NCBI GenBank assembly: GCA_963678065.2
Contig: CAXXVZ010000002.1
Location: 448,001 to 512,000, forward strand
Direction: 5' to 3'
Length of the DNA stretch: 64,000 nt
DNA from: Treponemataceae bacterium
GTDB taxonomy: Bacteria > Spirochaetota > Spirochaetia > Treponematales > Rectinemataceae
Numbering within the stretch: the first letter of the stretch is position 1; each line of letters begins with the position of its first letter. Shown piece by piece: positions 18,509 through 27,699 of this stretch. The notes below the pieces were generated by a model that was given only the letters and a program-made list of their open reading frames with translations, was not told the DNA's origin and did not search any database. A program made the position numbers and the translations under genes.

Positions 18509-19888
18509 ATGGAAGATGCGACGAAAAGGGTGGCAGCCCTTATGGAGCGAGCCAGGAAAGCGCAGGCGGCGATCGAGTACTGGTCGCAGGAACAGGTCGA
18601 TACGATGACGAAGGCGCTCGTCTGGACCGCGGTGAAACCCGGCAATATCGAGGCGATATCCAGACTCGCGGTGGAAGAGTCGCAGCTCGGCAATTATCAG
18701 AGTAAATATACAAAGCTGCAGAAAAAACTCCGCGGAGCGCTGCGGGACATGACCGGCAAGAAATCCGTCGGCATCATCGACGAGGATACCGAGAAAGGCA
18801 TCATCAAGATCGCGAAGCCTGTCGGCGTGATCGGAGCCCTTATTCCCTGCACGAATCCCGAAGCGACGCCGGTGTTCATGTCCATTTCCGCCATCAAAGG
18901 AAGAAACGCGATAATCCTCGCGCCGCACCCCCGCACGAAAAAGACCAACGCCTTCATCGTGGGCCTTCTCCGGGAGACCCTGAAAAAATATGGCGCTCCG
19001 GAAGACCTCATCATCGCCATGGAAGAGCCCAGCATGGAAGATTCTGGCGCGCTGATGAAGCAGTGCGATCTCATCGTGGCCACCGGAGGCACTCCCCTCG
19101 TCAAGGTCGCCTACAGTTCAGGCACGCCTGCCTACGGTGTCGGCGCGGGAAACGCCGTGGTGATAGTGGACGAGACGGCCGACATCGCGGAAGCAGCCCG
19201 AAAGATCATGCTTTCGAAGACCTTCGATTTCGCCACGAGCTGCTCCTCCGAAAACTCGATCCTCGTCGTGGACGCGATCTACGACAGGCTCATGGCGGCA
19301 CTCACGGCGGAAGGCGGCTACCTCGTCGACGCCGAAGGTAAGAAGAAGCTGCAGAACCTCCTGTGGGAGGATGGACACCTCAGCCGCAACGTCACCGCCC
19401 AGCCCGCGGCGAAGCTCGCCGCGATGGCCGGCATCGAACTTCCGGAAGGACGCTCCTTCTTCATGGTTCCCGAGACGGGAGTCGGACCCGATTTCCCCTT
19501 CTCGGGAGAGAAAATGTGCGTGGTGCTGACCGTCTACCGGGTGGCGGATTTCAACGCCGCCGTGGACATGGTCAACGCCATCACTTCGTTCCAGGGAATG
19601 GGCCACTCCTGTGGGCTCTACAGCGTCGACAGGGATCGGATCGTCGAGCTGGGCCTCAGGACCAAGGTCAGCCGGATCATGATCCGCCAGCCCCAGTGCT
19701 ACGGCAACACCGGCAACTGGGAAAACGGCATGCCCTTCACCATGACACTCGGCTGCGGCACCTGGGGCGGCAACATCACCACCGAAAACGTGCACTGGAA
19801 GCACATGATCAATGTCACCTGGGTCTCCCTTCCGATCGTGGAAAAAATCCCCGACGACAGGGACCTCTTCGCCGGCGTGATGGACTAA
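18509..19888 (+). CDS. CoA-acylating aldehyde dehydrogenase (SauS/EutE-like)
   Basis: PCTNP, PHPR, ATGG..LVKVAYSSGTPAYGVGAGN, SKTFD..TSCSSENS, LGCGTWG. Confidence 0.88.
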   Translation: MEDATKRVAALMERARKAQAAIEYWSQEQVDTMTKALVWTAVKPGNIEAISRLAVEESQLGNYQSKYTKLQKKLRGALRDMTGKKSVGIIDEDTEKGIIKIAKPVGVIGALIPCTNPEATPVFMSISAIKGRNAIILAPHPRTKKTNAFIVGLLRETLKKYGAPEDLIIAMEEPSMEDSGALMKQCDLIVATGGTPLVKVAYSSGTPAYGVGAGNAVVIVDETADIAEAARKIMLSKTFDFATSCSSENSILVVDAIYDRLMAALTAEGGYLVDAEGKKKLQNLLWEDGHLSRNVTAQPAAKLAAMAGIELPEGRSFFMVPETGVGPDFPFSGEKMCVVLTVYRVADFNAAVDMVNAITSFQGMGHSCGLYSVDRDRIVELGLRTKVSRIMIRQPQCYGNTGNWENGMPFTMTLGCGTWGGNITTENVHWKHMINVTWVSLPIVEKIPDDRDLFAGVMD

Positions 19889-19910
19889 AGGCGGGGGTTC
19901 ATCCGGAGCC

Positions 19911-19976
19911 CTGCCGGACTTCAGCGGCACTGCGGCAGGACTTCTGTGGCGCTTCGGCAGGACTGAAACCGCGCCA
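19911..19976. repeat. Three degenerate 22-bp tandem units
   Basis: CTGCCGGACTTCAGCGGCACTG / CGGCAGGACTTCTGTGGCGCTT / CGGCAGGACTGAAACCGCGCCA. Confidence 0.5.
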
Positions 19977-19985
19977 AAAACAAGG

Positions 19986-20022
19986 GCCCGTCCGTCTCCG
20001 ATACCGGAGGGGCGGGTTTTTT
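19986..20022 (+). terminator. Intrinsic terminator after ALDH
   Basis: GCCCGTCC..CTCCG-ATAC-CGGAG-GGGCGGG followed by T6. Confidence 0.65.
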
Positions 20023-20119
20023 CATATCCGGGGACCATCCGCGACCGGAATTCCGCAAAGAAAACAGGCAGGAAGACCATTCGGTCTCCCTGCCCGCATC
20101 CTCAATACCCTGTCGCTTT

Positions 20120-21784
20120 TCAGGCCTTGATCTTGTCCGGAGTCAGCGTGCGGTAATAGCTCCCGCAGAGATGTTTCGGGTTGATGGCTTCGCGCACCTT
20201 GTACTGATAGGCCGTTACGAGGGGCTGCGCGAGCTTGACGTACATCGCGTCGTGCTCTTCCTGCGTGAAGCCGAAGCCGTCTTCCCTGCGGAGATCCTGG
20301 TTCCAGTGCCCCATGTCCACGCCGAGTCCCTTCTCGTACATCCAGCGCTGGGTGTCGTTGATGAAGTCCGCTGTTCCCTTGATCGATTCTTTGTCATGGG
20401 CATCGAAATTGACGAAGAATTCCCATCCCGTGGGGCCGCCGCCGCCGATGATGCATACGCTGCCCATGTCGGAGTCGCCGCCCGTCGCCGCAATGCAGGT
20501 TTTTTCGGTCTCCCATTTTTTCTTGAGGGCGGAGGCTTCTTCCATGACGCTGGCGCTGACGAAGACGTTTCCGGAGAGACCGAAATTGCCCTCATAGGCG
20601 CCGCAGAGCACGTAATTCAGGTTCTTGTGGCCGAGGCGGATGAGGTAGAGGAGGACGTAGTCGACCATCTCCTTGTCCATCATGAACTCGTTCTTCCAGC
20701 CGCCCGTGAGTTCGAGCACCTTGCTGAGCGCCGCTTCCTTGTACTCGGTGTCCCGCTTCGTGACGCCGGCGATGACGACCTGTATCTCGATCTTCATGTC
20801 GTCGTTGATCTTCTTCAGTTCGGGATCGGCGACGAGTTCGGGAATATCGCAGAGCTGCTTGTCGGGATCGGTGAGGATCTTGATCATCGCGGTCTTGATA
20901 TCGCGGCCGAACATGTTGAACTGCCGGTGTCCGAGGAAGAGGACGTCGTTTTCATGGAGGAGGGCGATGGCCCTGGCATAGTCGCCCCAGGTCTTGAAGC
21001 AGAGCGTGTAGGCCTTGAAATTGTCGGGGAGATCGGCCTTGTAGGCGGGGACGGTTCCCCTCGTGGGGATGAAGGTCGGACCCGGCCAGGGATGGAGGCG
21101 GATGGCCATCCGGGTGCAGACGCCGAGCGAGCCGGTGCTGCCCTGGAACCCGCGCAGGATTCCCCTGGTGCTCGGTCCCGGGCCTTCGCCGCAGAACCAG
21201 CCGGAACCTGCGCCGAGCGATCCGGTTCGCACGACTTCGCCATTCGGGAAGACCCACTCGGCGCCCAGCATGTTTTCGCTGGCGCAGCCCATGGAGATGG
21301 AGGTCGGGCCGAAGCCCACCCAGCCCGCCGTGCTCGCCAAGGGCGCGCTGGAGCAGCCCACGCCGGGGACGTTCAGGGTGAGGCCGACTTTCATCGCCTC
21401 GGCCTGGACCACGGCGCCGATCGCGTAGGGCTCGACGATGGCGAACATGTTCTTGTCGTCGATTTCGATGCTGCGCATCCGCCTCATGTCGAGCTGGATG
21501 GCGTAGTCCGAGTCGATGTAGCCCATGGCGGACCAGAAGGTCGTCGATGCCTTGAACTTGATGCTGTACTTGTTGCAGATGTGGACGATTTTCTGCACTT
21601 CCGCCGTGGTTCCCGGCAGAAGCACGGCCTGAGGCAGGGGGGTCTTGTGGCCGTAGGGCCCGTAGTGAGCGGAGGACTGCGAGGCGATACAGCGGTAGGT
21701 CTCCAGTATGCCCTTGTCCTGCGAGATGTTGCGCTCCCCGACTATGCTCTCGAGAGCCTTGTATATTTCGTTTGAAAGAGCCAT
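20120..21784 (-). CDS. FAD-binding oxidoreductase (VAO/PCMH/GlcD-type FAD_binding_4)
   Basis: PQAVLLPGTTAEVQKIV, MFAIVEPY, GEVVRTGS...GEGPGP, GSLGVCT. Confidence 0.8.
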   Translation of the reverse strand: MALSNEIYKALESIVGERNISQDKGILETYRCIASQSSAHYGPYGHKTPLPQAVLLPGTTAEVQKIVHICNKYSIKFKASTTFWSAMGYIDSDYAIQLDMRRMRSIEIDDKNMFAIVEPYAIGAVVQAEAMKVGLTLNVPGVGCSSAPLASTAGWVGFGPTSISMGCASENMLGAEWVFPNGEVVRTGSLGAGSGWFCGEGPGPSTRGILRGFQGSTGSLGVCTRMAIRLHPWPGPTFIPTRGTVPAYKADLPDNFKAYTLCFKTWGDYARAIALLHENDVLFLGHRQFNMFGRDIKTAMIKILTDPDKQLCDIPELVADPELKKINDDMKIEIQVVIAGVTKRDTEYKEAALSKVLELTGGWKNEFMMDKEMVDYVLLYLIRLGHKNLNYVLCGAYEGNFGLSGNVFVSASVMEEASALKKKWETEKTCIAATGGDSDMGSVCIIGGGGPTGWEFFVNFDAHDKESIKGTADFINDTQRWMYEKGLGVDMGHWNQDLRREDGFGFTQEEHDAMYVKLAQPLVTAYQYKVREAINPKHLCGSYYRTLTPDKIKA

Positions 21785-21796
21785 GTGCATCCTTCC

Positions 21797-23071
21797 TTAT
21801 TGCGCCATTTCGACAAGCTCGACGATATCGAGAACCTCGATCGTCCTTCCGTTCTCGTCTTTCACGTCACGGAAATTGGCCTCGCACCAGGGGCAGGCAG
21901 TCACGAGCGCTTTGGCGCCCGTCGCGTTCGCTTCCGTGATGCGCTCGGAAGCCGTCCAGGAGGAAAACTCCGGGCTCGTTTCGCTGCATCCGCCGCCTGC
22001 GCCGCAGCACCAGGAGTATTCGCGGATCCTCTCCATTTCGACAAGTTCCACGCCGGGAATGCTCGCGAGGACCCTGCGCGGGGCGTCGTAGATGCCGTAG
22101 GCGCCGTTGAAGCGGGGGCGCCTCGGTTCCCAGGTGTGCACCTGGTTGAGGATCTTCTTTTCTTTGCCCGCCCAGGGGATGAAGGCCTCGCCGAGACGTC
22201 CGAGGTGGCAGGGATCGTGGTAGGTGACGGACATCGGGATGGATTTCGTGAAGACAATCTTCCCCTCGCCGATGAGTCTGTCCAGGTACTCGACGACGTG
22301 GACCACTTCGATCTCGAGTCCAAGTTTGGCGTACTGGCGCTTGAAGGCGTGGTAGCAGTCGGAGCAGGGAGTCACTATGGTCTTCACGCCGGCGGCCACG
22401 AAGGCCTTGATGTTGGCCTCGGCGCTCTTCGCGAAGTCGCTCTTGAAGCCCATCTGGAGGGCGCGACCGGCGCAGCACATGTCGGCGGCGTCCATGTAGC
22501 CGAGATCCACGTCAGCCTTTTTCAGGATGCGGACCGCCGACTGGGCAATTTTTGACAGCTTCTGGTCGTAACTGTACTTGCAGCCGGGGAAGAACAGTAC
22601 TTCGGCTTTCTCGTTCGTCAGGTCTTTGAGTCCGAGACCGTTCGCCCAGGCGGCGCGGTCGGCCTTCTTCTTCCCGACGATCATGGTCTTCTCTTTCGCG
22701 AGGGATCCGATGATTTCAGTCTGTCCTGGCAAGGTCTTTCCCGCTTCCACGGCGTAGGCCTTGAGCTCGATGTTGTGCTCGAGCGGCTCCAGGTTGTAGC
22801 GCGTCACCTTGCAGGCCACATCGCAGGCTCCGCAGGAGGTGCAGGTGTGGATGACTTCGGTCGTTTTCTCCGAGAGGTCGGCGTCTTTCGTGAGAAGGGC
22901 GAGTCCCAGCTCGAAACGACCGCGCGCTGAATACGCGTTGAAGTTGGCGTACGAGATGCTCGGGCAATTCTCGCCGAAGCGCAGACTCTTCACTTTGTCG
23001 AAGGGAATCCATTTGCAGCCAAGGCAATTGCTGCAGCGTTCCTCCATCGGTCTATAATCTGACAATGCCAT
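21797..23071 (-). CDS. Fe-S oxidoreductase with CCG domains (HdrD/GlcF-like)
   Basis: CSNCLGC, CTSCGACDVAC, CCAG, YHDPCHLGR, WCCGAGGG, TACPWC. Confidence 0.88.
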   Translation of the reverse strand: MALSDYRPMEERCSNCLGCKWIPFDKVKSLRFGENCPSISYANFNAYSARGRFELGLALLTKDADLSEKTTEVIHTCTSCGACDVACKVTRYNLEPLEHNIELKAYAVEAGKTLPGQTEIIGSLAKEKTMIVGKKKADRAAWANGLGLKDLTNEKAEVLFFPGCKYSYDQKLSKIAQSAVRILKKADVDLGYMDAADMCCAGRALQMGFKSDFAKSAEANIKAFVAAGVKTIVTPCSDCYHAFKRQYAKLGLEIEVVHVVEYLDRLIGEGKIVFTKSIPMSVTYHDPCHLGRLGEAFIPWAGKEKKILNQVHTWEPRRPRFNGAYGIYDAPRRVLASIPGVELVEMERIREYSWCCGAGGGCSETSPEFSSWTASERITEANATGAKALVTACPWCEANFRDVKDENGRTIEVLDIVELVEMAQ

Positions 23072-23072
23072 C

Positions 23073-24551
23073 TCACACCCCCTGTAGACCGAGCTTGCCG
23101 GTATTCATGATGTTGTTCGGGTCGAAGATACCCTTCATCCTCTGCAGGATGATTGCGGACTGGGCGTCCTTGTTGAGCTGGAGCTGCGCCCAGATGCCAT
23201 GCGGCCGAAGGTAGTAGGCTCCCATCTGCGCGAAGGCTTCGCTCGCATGCGTGAAGAGCTTTTTGGCGCAGGAGACTTCCCCCGCATTCGCGGCGTCATA
23301 GGGAATGATGAATTCGCAGTGATAGCTCGTTCCCATGTTCTGAGGCTGGATGTAGACGCCGATGTCCTTCGGGCAAATTCCAGCGGCCAAGGCGAGCGAG
23401 GTCATCTTCGCGATGAATTCCGGCGTGCGGTCCAGCGTCGTCGTAAAGAAAATCTCGGCGAAGGAACCCTTGGCGGCTTCCTTCCAGTAGACCGGTCCGC
23501 AGGACTTCGTGACCTTCGAGTAGGCCTCGGCCCCCGAAATTCCCGGAAGGGCGGGGAGCATTTTCAGTCCGAACCCTTGAGCGATATCCGCTATGTCGAG
23601 CGCATGGGCCTGTGCGCGCTGCTCCGGAAGGAGGCTCTGTCCGGAGACGCCGACGAGGGCTGTCCAGGCGGGCAACTCGCCCATCATTTCCGCGATCTGC
23701 GCGGCGCTCTCGCCGAGCAGGGAGGCGAGGGTGGAAGCGTTCACGATCATCATCTCGGTGCCCAGGCGAAGTCTCTCGACCCTGTACACGAAATCGGTGA
23801 GGTCTTCGACCTTCGCGGCCGGCACGAAGTACATTTTGTGCGCGGGGGAGGCCGCTTCGCACTTCAGCGAAGCCCAGGTCACGATGCCCATGCTCCCCTG
23901 CGATCCCGAGAGGATGCGGTAGAAGTCGAGCATCATCGGTCCCGTTCCGCCGACCTGCCATTTTTCGGCGCCCTGCTGCTTGGCGACATCGAGCGGACCG
24001 CCGCCGGCTTCGCCCGTATACATGCGGTTTCCGTCGCCCCAGACCACCTCGGTGCACCTCAGCGGATCGATGAAGTTCCACTGGTGCAGCGCGTTCAGCC
24101 GCGGCTCGATGTCGAGGACGCTGGCCACTACCGATTTGCCCGCCTTGGGCGCGAGCGGCATGGAAATCTCGAGGTCTTCCTTCGCGAGCGCCTCGCAGAG
24201 TTCGCCGTAGGTCACGCCGGGCTCGACGATCGCGACCCGCTGCTGCCTGTTGATGCTGATGATCTTCTTCATACCGCTCAGGTCGACGATGACCGCTTCC
24301 GGCACGCCGGGAACCGTATCGCCGCGCTGGCGCGATCCCGTCGAGCTCACGGGAACGAGAGGAGTCTTCGTTTCGTTCGCCAGCTTCACGATGCGCTGGA
24401 CTTCGTCGGCGCTCTTCACCTTGACGACAAGGCGCGGCATCATAGGCGCGGCGAAACTTCCGTCCCGCGAATACCGCTCGAGTGTCTTCGCATCATCGGC
24501 AAGGTTTTCCCTGCCGACGATTTCTGCCAATTTTTCTGCAAGACCATCCAT
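23073..24551 (-). CDS. FAD-binding oxidoreductase, second subunit
   Basis: VKSADEVQRIV, IVDLSGM, IVEPGVTY, GSQGSMGIVT, FDPNNIMNTGK. Confidence 0.82.
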   Translation of the reverse strand: MDGLAEKLAEIVGRENLADDAKTLERYSRDGSFAAPMMPRLVVKVKSADEVQRIVKLANETKTPLVPVSSTGSRQRGDTVPGVPEAVIVDLSGMKKIISINRQQRVAIVEPGVTYGELCEALAKEDLEISMPLAPKAGKSVVASVLDIEPRLNALHQWNFIDPLRCTEVVWGDGNRMYTGEAGGGPLDVAKQQGAEKWQVGGTGPMMLDFYRILSGSQGSMGIVTWASLKCEAASPAHKMYFVPAAKVEDLTDFVYRVERLRLGTEMMIVNASTLASLLGESAAQIAEMMGELPAWTALVGVSGQSLLPEQRAQAHALDIADIAQGFGLKMLPALPGISGAEAYSKVTKSCGPVYWKEAAKGSFAEIFFTTTLDRTPEFIAKMTSLALAAGICPKDIGVYIQPQNMGTSYHCEFIIPYDAANAGEVSCAKKLFTHASEAFAQMGAYYLRPHGIWAQLQLNKDAQSAIILQRMKGIFDPNNIMNTGKLGLQGV

Positions 24552-24672
24552 CGTCTACCCCCAATTGAAATTTCCACCTGTCCGCATCCGGTACTGGCGA
24601 TGATTACGCACGCCGGCGCGTTCGGGAGTTCAATAGTTCGGATACCTATCCGAGTTTTTCCAAAGTGCATTC

Positions 24673-24715
24673 ACTGAACGCGTTCAGTCTAAACGACGTT
24701 TTCCGATTCTGTCAA
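24673..24715 (-). promoter_or_regulatory. Promoter with a perfect 16-bp palindromic operator for the FAD/Fe-S operon
   Basis: ACTGAACGCGTTCAGT at 24673-24688; minus strand TTGACA(24715-24710)-18-TAGACT. Confidence 0.7.
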
Positions 24716-24811
24716 TCAAATATTTTCGGTCCGGGGCGGCGATGAAAATCGTCCGAGATACTCCCGTTCGTCGACGCGGAATGCCATACAATCAAAATGG
24801 CAAATTATGCA

Positions 24812-24861
24812 TTGACAAGTGCCGAATCAGGGTTTATCATAAATCAAACGTTTGATTTATG
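24812..24861 (+). promoter_or_regulatory. Sigma70 promoter and LacI-type operator
   Basis: TTGACA(24812)-17-TATCAT(24835); perfect 24-bp palindrome CATAAATCAAACGTTTGATTTATG (24838-24861) with AAACGTTT core. Confidence 0.8.
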
Positions 24862-24872
24862 GAGATCCGAGC

Positions 24873-26747
24873 ATGGTGATCCGAAAACCGGTGTTCGCTG
24901 AGCTGAAAGTTCCGGAGATCTCGCCCTCGGGCTGGCTGAAGAGACAGCTCTCGATCCAGCTGCACGGGCTGACCGGGAACCTGGACAAATTCTGGCCGGA
25001 TGTCAGGGACAGCAGATGGTTCGGCGGCTCCTGCGAAGGCTGGGAGAGGGCGCCCTACTGGCTGGATGGGGCTCTACCCCTGGCATATCTCCTCGCCGAC
25101 GGCGAGCTGATCGGGCGGATAGAAAAGTATCTGGACTACATCATCGGTCACCAGGAATCAGACGGCTGGCTGGGGTCCAAGGACATGAACAGCCAGCTTT
25201 CATCGACAGGATCGGACGGGAATTACGATATCTGGCCTCAGTTCCTCATGCTCAAGGTGCTGGTCCAGTATTACGGGATCAAGGAAGAGCCGAGGGTCCT
25301 GGATTGCATCGAGAGGGCCTTGCGCTCGGTGGACAACCATATAAACAGGTATCCGATCTTCAATTGGGCGCAATTCAGATGGTTCGAGGCGCTGATCTCC
25401 ATACTCTGGCTGCATGAAAAAACGAAAGAAGCCTGGCTGATCGACCTTGCGATAAAGCTGAAATCCCAGGGCTTCGATTGGAAAGAGTTTTTCAAGAACT
25501 GGCCCTTCAAAAATCCGACGCCCAAAAATACATGGAACTACATGTCCCATGTCGTGAACAACGCCATGGCTGTCAAGTCCTCGGCTCTGTGGTACAGAAT
25601 CTCGGGGGAAAACGATGATCTTCTCGCCGTCGACAGCATGATTTCCCAGCTGCATGAGTTCCATGGGACGGCGGTGGGCACCTTCACGGGCGACGAGTGC
25701 CTGGCGGGCACGAGCCCGATACACGGCACGGAACTCTGCGCGGTCGTGGAATACATGTTCTCCCTGGAAGAGATCATCAGAAGTACCGGAAAGCTGGAAT
25801 ACGCGGACAGGCTGGAGACGATCGCCTTCAACGCGCTTCCGGCGACCCTCTCCGACGACATGTGGAGTCATCAGTACGATCAGCAGGTCAATCAGATACA
25901 GTGCAGCGTGGGCGATGCCTGGCCCTGGCTCACGAATGGTGGAGAATCCAACATATTCGGCCTCGAGCCGAATTTCGGCTGCTGTACCGCGAATATGCAC
26001 CAGGCCTGGCCGAAATTCGCGAAGTCGCTCTGGCTGCGGGGCGAAAACGATGATCTGACGGTCGCCAGCCTGGCGCCCTGTGAAATAAACGCGAAGATCA
26101 AGGGCCAACCGGTGCGCATATCGGTCGAAGGCGATTATCCCTTCGGCGATCATGTGGAAATCGCCATCGAGAACGCGAAGGCGATCCACTTCTCCATCCA
26201 TATCAGAGTGCCGGAATGGGCCGGCAGGATACGCGTCTCGCGCTCCGGCGAGCGCATCGCGCCGGCCTCGGGCCTGGTGCGCATCCCGATCGACGCCGAA
26301 CGCGAACGAGTGACGATAGACCTCGATCCGGAAATACGTATCCTGACCCGGAGCGCGCGCTCGGTGTCGGTGCAAAGAGGCGCCCTCGTATATGCGCTGC
26401 CCATCCGTCCTGTATGGAAAAGAATCAACGAATCGATGGAAGGACGGGAGCTTCCCCACGGCGACTGGGAATTGTATCCGGCCACGCCGTGGAATTACGC
26501 GCTCTCCAGCCGCGGGATGAGGGCCGGCGCCTGCGAAGTCGGCGAGATTCCCTTCTCGGGCGACGCGCCTCCGATAAAGATCGCGGCGAAGGGGAAGGAA
26601 GTCAGGAACTGGGAGCGAACAGGGGGCTGCATCGCCGCGCCGCCTGAAACGATGGAGCTCGGAATGGAGAAGGACCTGGAACTCGTGCCCTACGGCTGCG
26701 CGAAACTGCGGATCGCGGAGTTTCCGTGGGCGGGGGATGCGCGATGA
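24873..26747 (+). CDS. GH127/GH146-like (beta-L-arabinofuranosidase-type) glycoside hydrolase
   Basis: GWERAPYWLDG, HVVN, GTELCAVVE, NFGCCTAN, YPF, IRVPEW, LVPYG. Confidence 0.82.
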   Translation: MVIRKPVFAELKVPEISPSGWLKRQLSIQLHGLTGNLDKFWPDVRDSRWFGGSCEGWERAPYWLDGALPLAYLLADGELIGRIEKYLDYIIGHQESDGWLGSKDMNSQLSSTGSDGNYDIWPQFLMLKVLVQYYGIKEEPRVLDCIERALRSVDNHINRYPIFNWAQFRWFEALISILWLHEKTKEAWLIDLAIKLKSQGFDWKEFFKNWPFKNPTPKNTWNYMSHVVNNAMAVKSSALWYRISGENDDLLAVDSMISQLHEFHGTAVGTFTGDECLAGTSPIHGTELCAVVEYMFSLEEIIRSTGKLEYADRLETIAFNALPATLSDDMWSHQYDQQVNQIQCSVGDAWPWLTNGGESNIFGLEPNFGCCTANMHQAWPKFAKSLWLRGENDDLTVASLAPCEINAKIKGQPVRISVEGDYPFGDHVEIAIENAKAIHFSIHIRVPEWAGRIRVSRSGERIAPASGLVRIPIDAERERVTIDLDPEIRILTRSARSVSVQRGALVYALPIRPVWKRINESMEGRELPHGDWELYPATPWNYALSSRGMRAGACEVGEIPFSGDAPPIKIAAKGKEVRNWERTGGCIAAPPETMELGMEKDLELVPYGCAKLRIAEFPWAGDAR

Positions 26748-27670
26748 AAAAGAACCCGTTTGGAAAAGCGGTGGCGAAGGAGCTCGCGTACAATGGACAG
26801 CTGTATCTTCTGTCCCTGCCCGCCATCCTGTACTTCCTGATATTCTGCTATTTCCCCATGTACGGCGTCCAGATCGCGTTCAAGGACTTCAATCCCGTGC
26901 TCGGAATAACCGGAAGCCACTGGAACGGATTCAAACAGTTCGTCAGATTTTTCAATTCCTATCAGTTCACGATCGTCTTCAAGAACACGATCGTGCTCAG
27001 TCTCTACAGCCTGATCGCCGGATTTCCGATCCCCATCATCCTTTCGCTCTTCCTGAACCAGATGCGCGGGCGAACTTTCAAGAAAATCGTCCAGACGGTG
27101 ACCTTCGCCCCGCACTTCATCTCCATACCGGCCATGGTGGGAATGCTCATCATCATGCTCTCCCCCAACACGGGCATACTCAACAAGCTGATCAGCTTTC
27201 TTTCCGGAAAGGACGCGGGCGTCATCATCGGCAACACTTCGATTTTCAGCTCGCTCTATGTCTGGTCGGGAATCTGGCAACACATGGGCTGGGAGGCGAT
27301 CATCTACATCGCGGTGCTGACCTCGGTGAACCCCGAGCTCTATCAGGCGGCAGAAATCGACGGAGCCGGAAAACTCAGAAAGATACTGTCCATCGACATC
27401 CCCGCGATCATCCCGACCGCCGTGACCCTGCTGATTCTCAACTCGGGCAGGATCCTCAGTGTCGGGTTCGAGAAGGTCTTCCTGATGCAGAACAGCATGA
27501 ACGCGAGCGTCTCGGAAGTGATATCCACCTATGTCTACAAGGTCGGGTTGATAGGCGCGGATTACAGTTACTCGGCCGCGATCGGATTGTTCAACTCGGC
27601 CATCAATCTGGTGATCTTGCTGGCTGTGAACAATATCGCGAGAAAGACCAGCGATATCAGCCTCTGGTGA
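26744..27670 (+). CDS. Carbohydrate ABC permease (LplB-like)
   Basis: PMYGVQIAFKD, APHFIS, ELYQAAEIDGA, VGFEKVFL. Confidence 0.92.
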   Translation: MKKNPFGKAVAKELAYNGQLYLLSLPAILYFLIFCYFPMYGVQIAFKDFNPVLGITGSHWNGFKQFVRFFNSYQFTIVFKNTIVLSLYSLIAGFPIPIILSLFLNQMRGRTFKKIVQTVTFAPHFISIPAMVGMLIIMLSPNTGILNKLISFLSGKDAGVIIGNTSIFSSLYVWSGIWQHMGWEAIIYIAVLTSVNPELYQAAEIDGAGKLRKILSIDIPAIIPTAVTLLILNSGRILSVGFEKVFLMQNSMNASVSEVISTYVYKVGLIGADYSYSAAIGLFNSAINLVILLAVNNIARKTSDISLW

Positions 27671-27699
27671 TGCTGAAAAACTGATCGAGGAAAGCGGCG

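Noticed and set aside
19890..19980. Possible mini-CRISPR array
   Set aside because: Units are contiguous and degenerate with no unique spacers, and there are no cas genes in the window.
20171..24677. Long plus-strand ORFs (534 and 492 aa) opposite the FAD/Fe-S genes
   Set aside because: Antisense shadow ORFs typical of high-GC coding DNA; no recognisable motifs.
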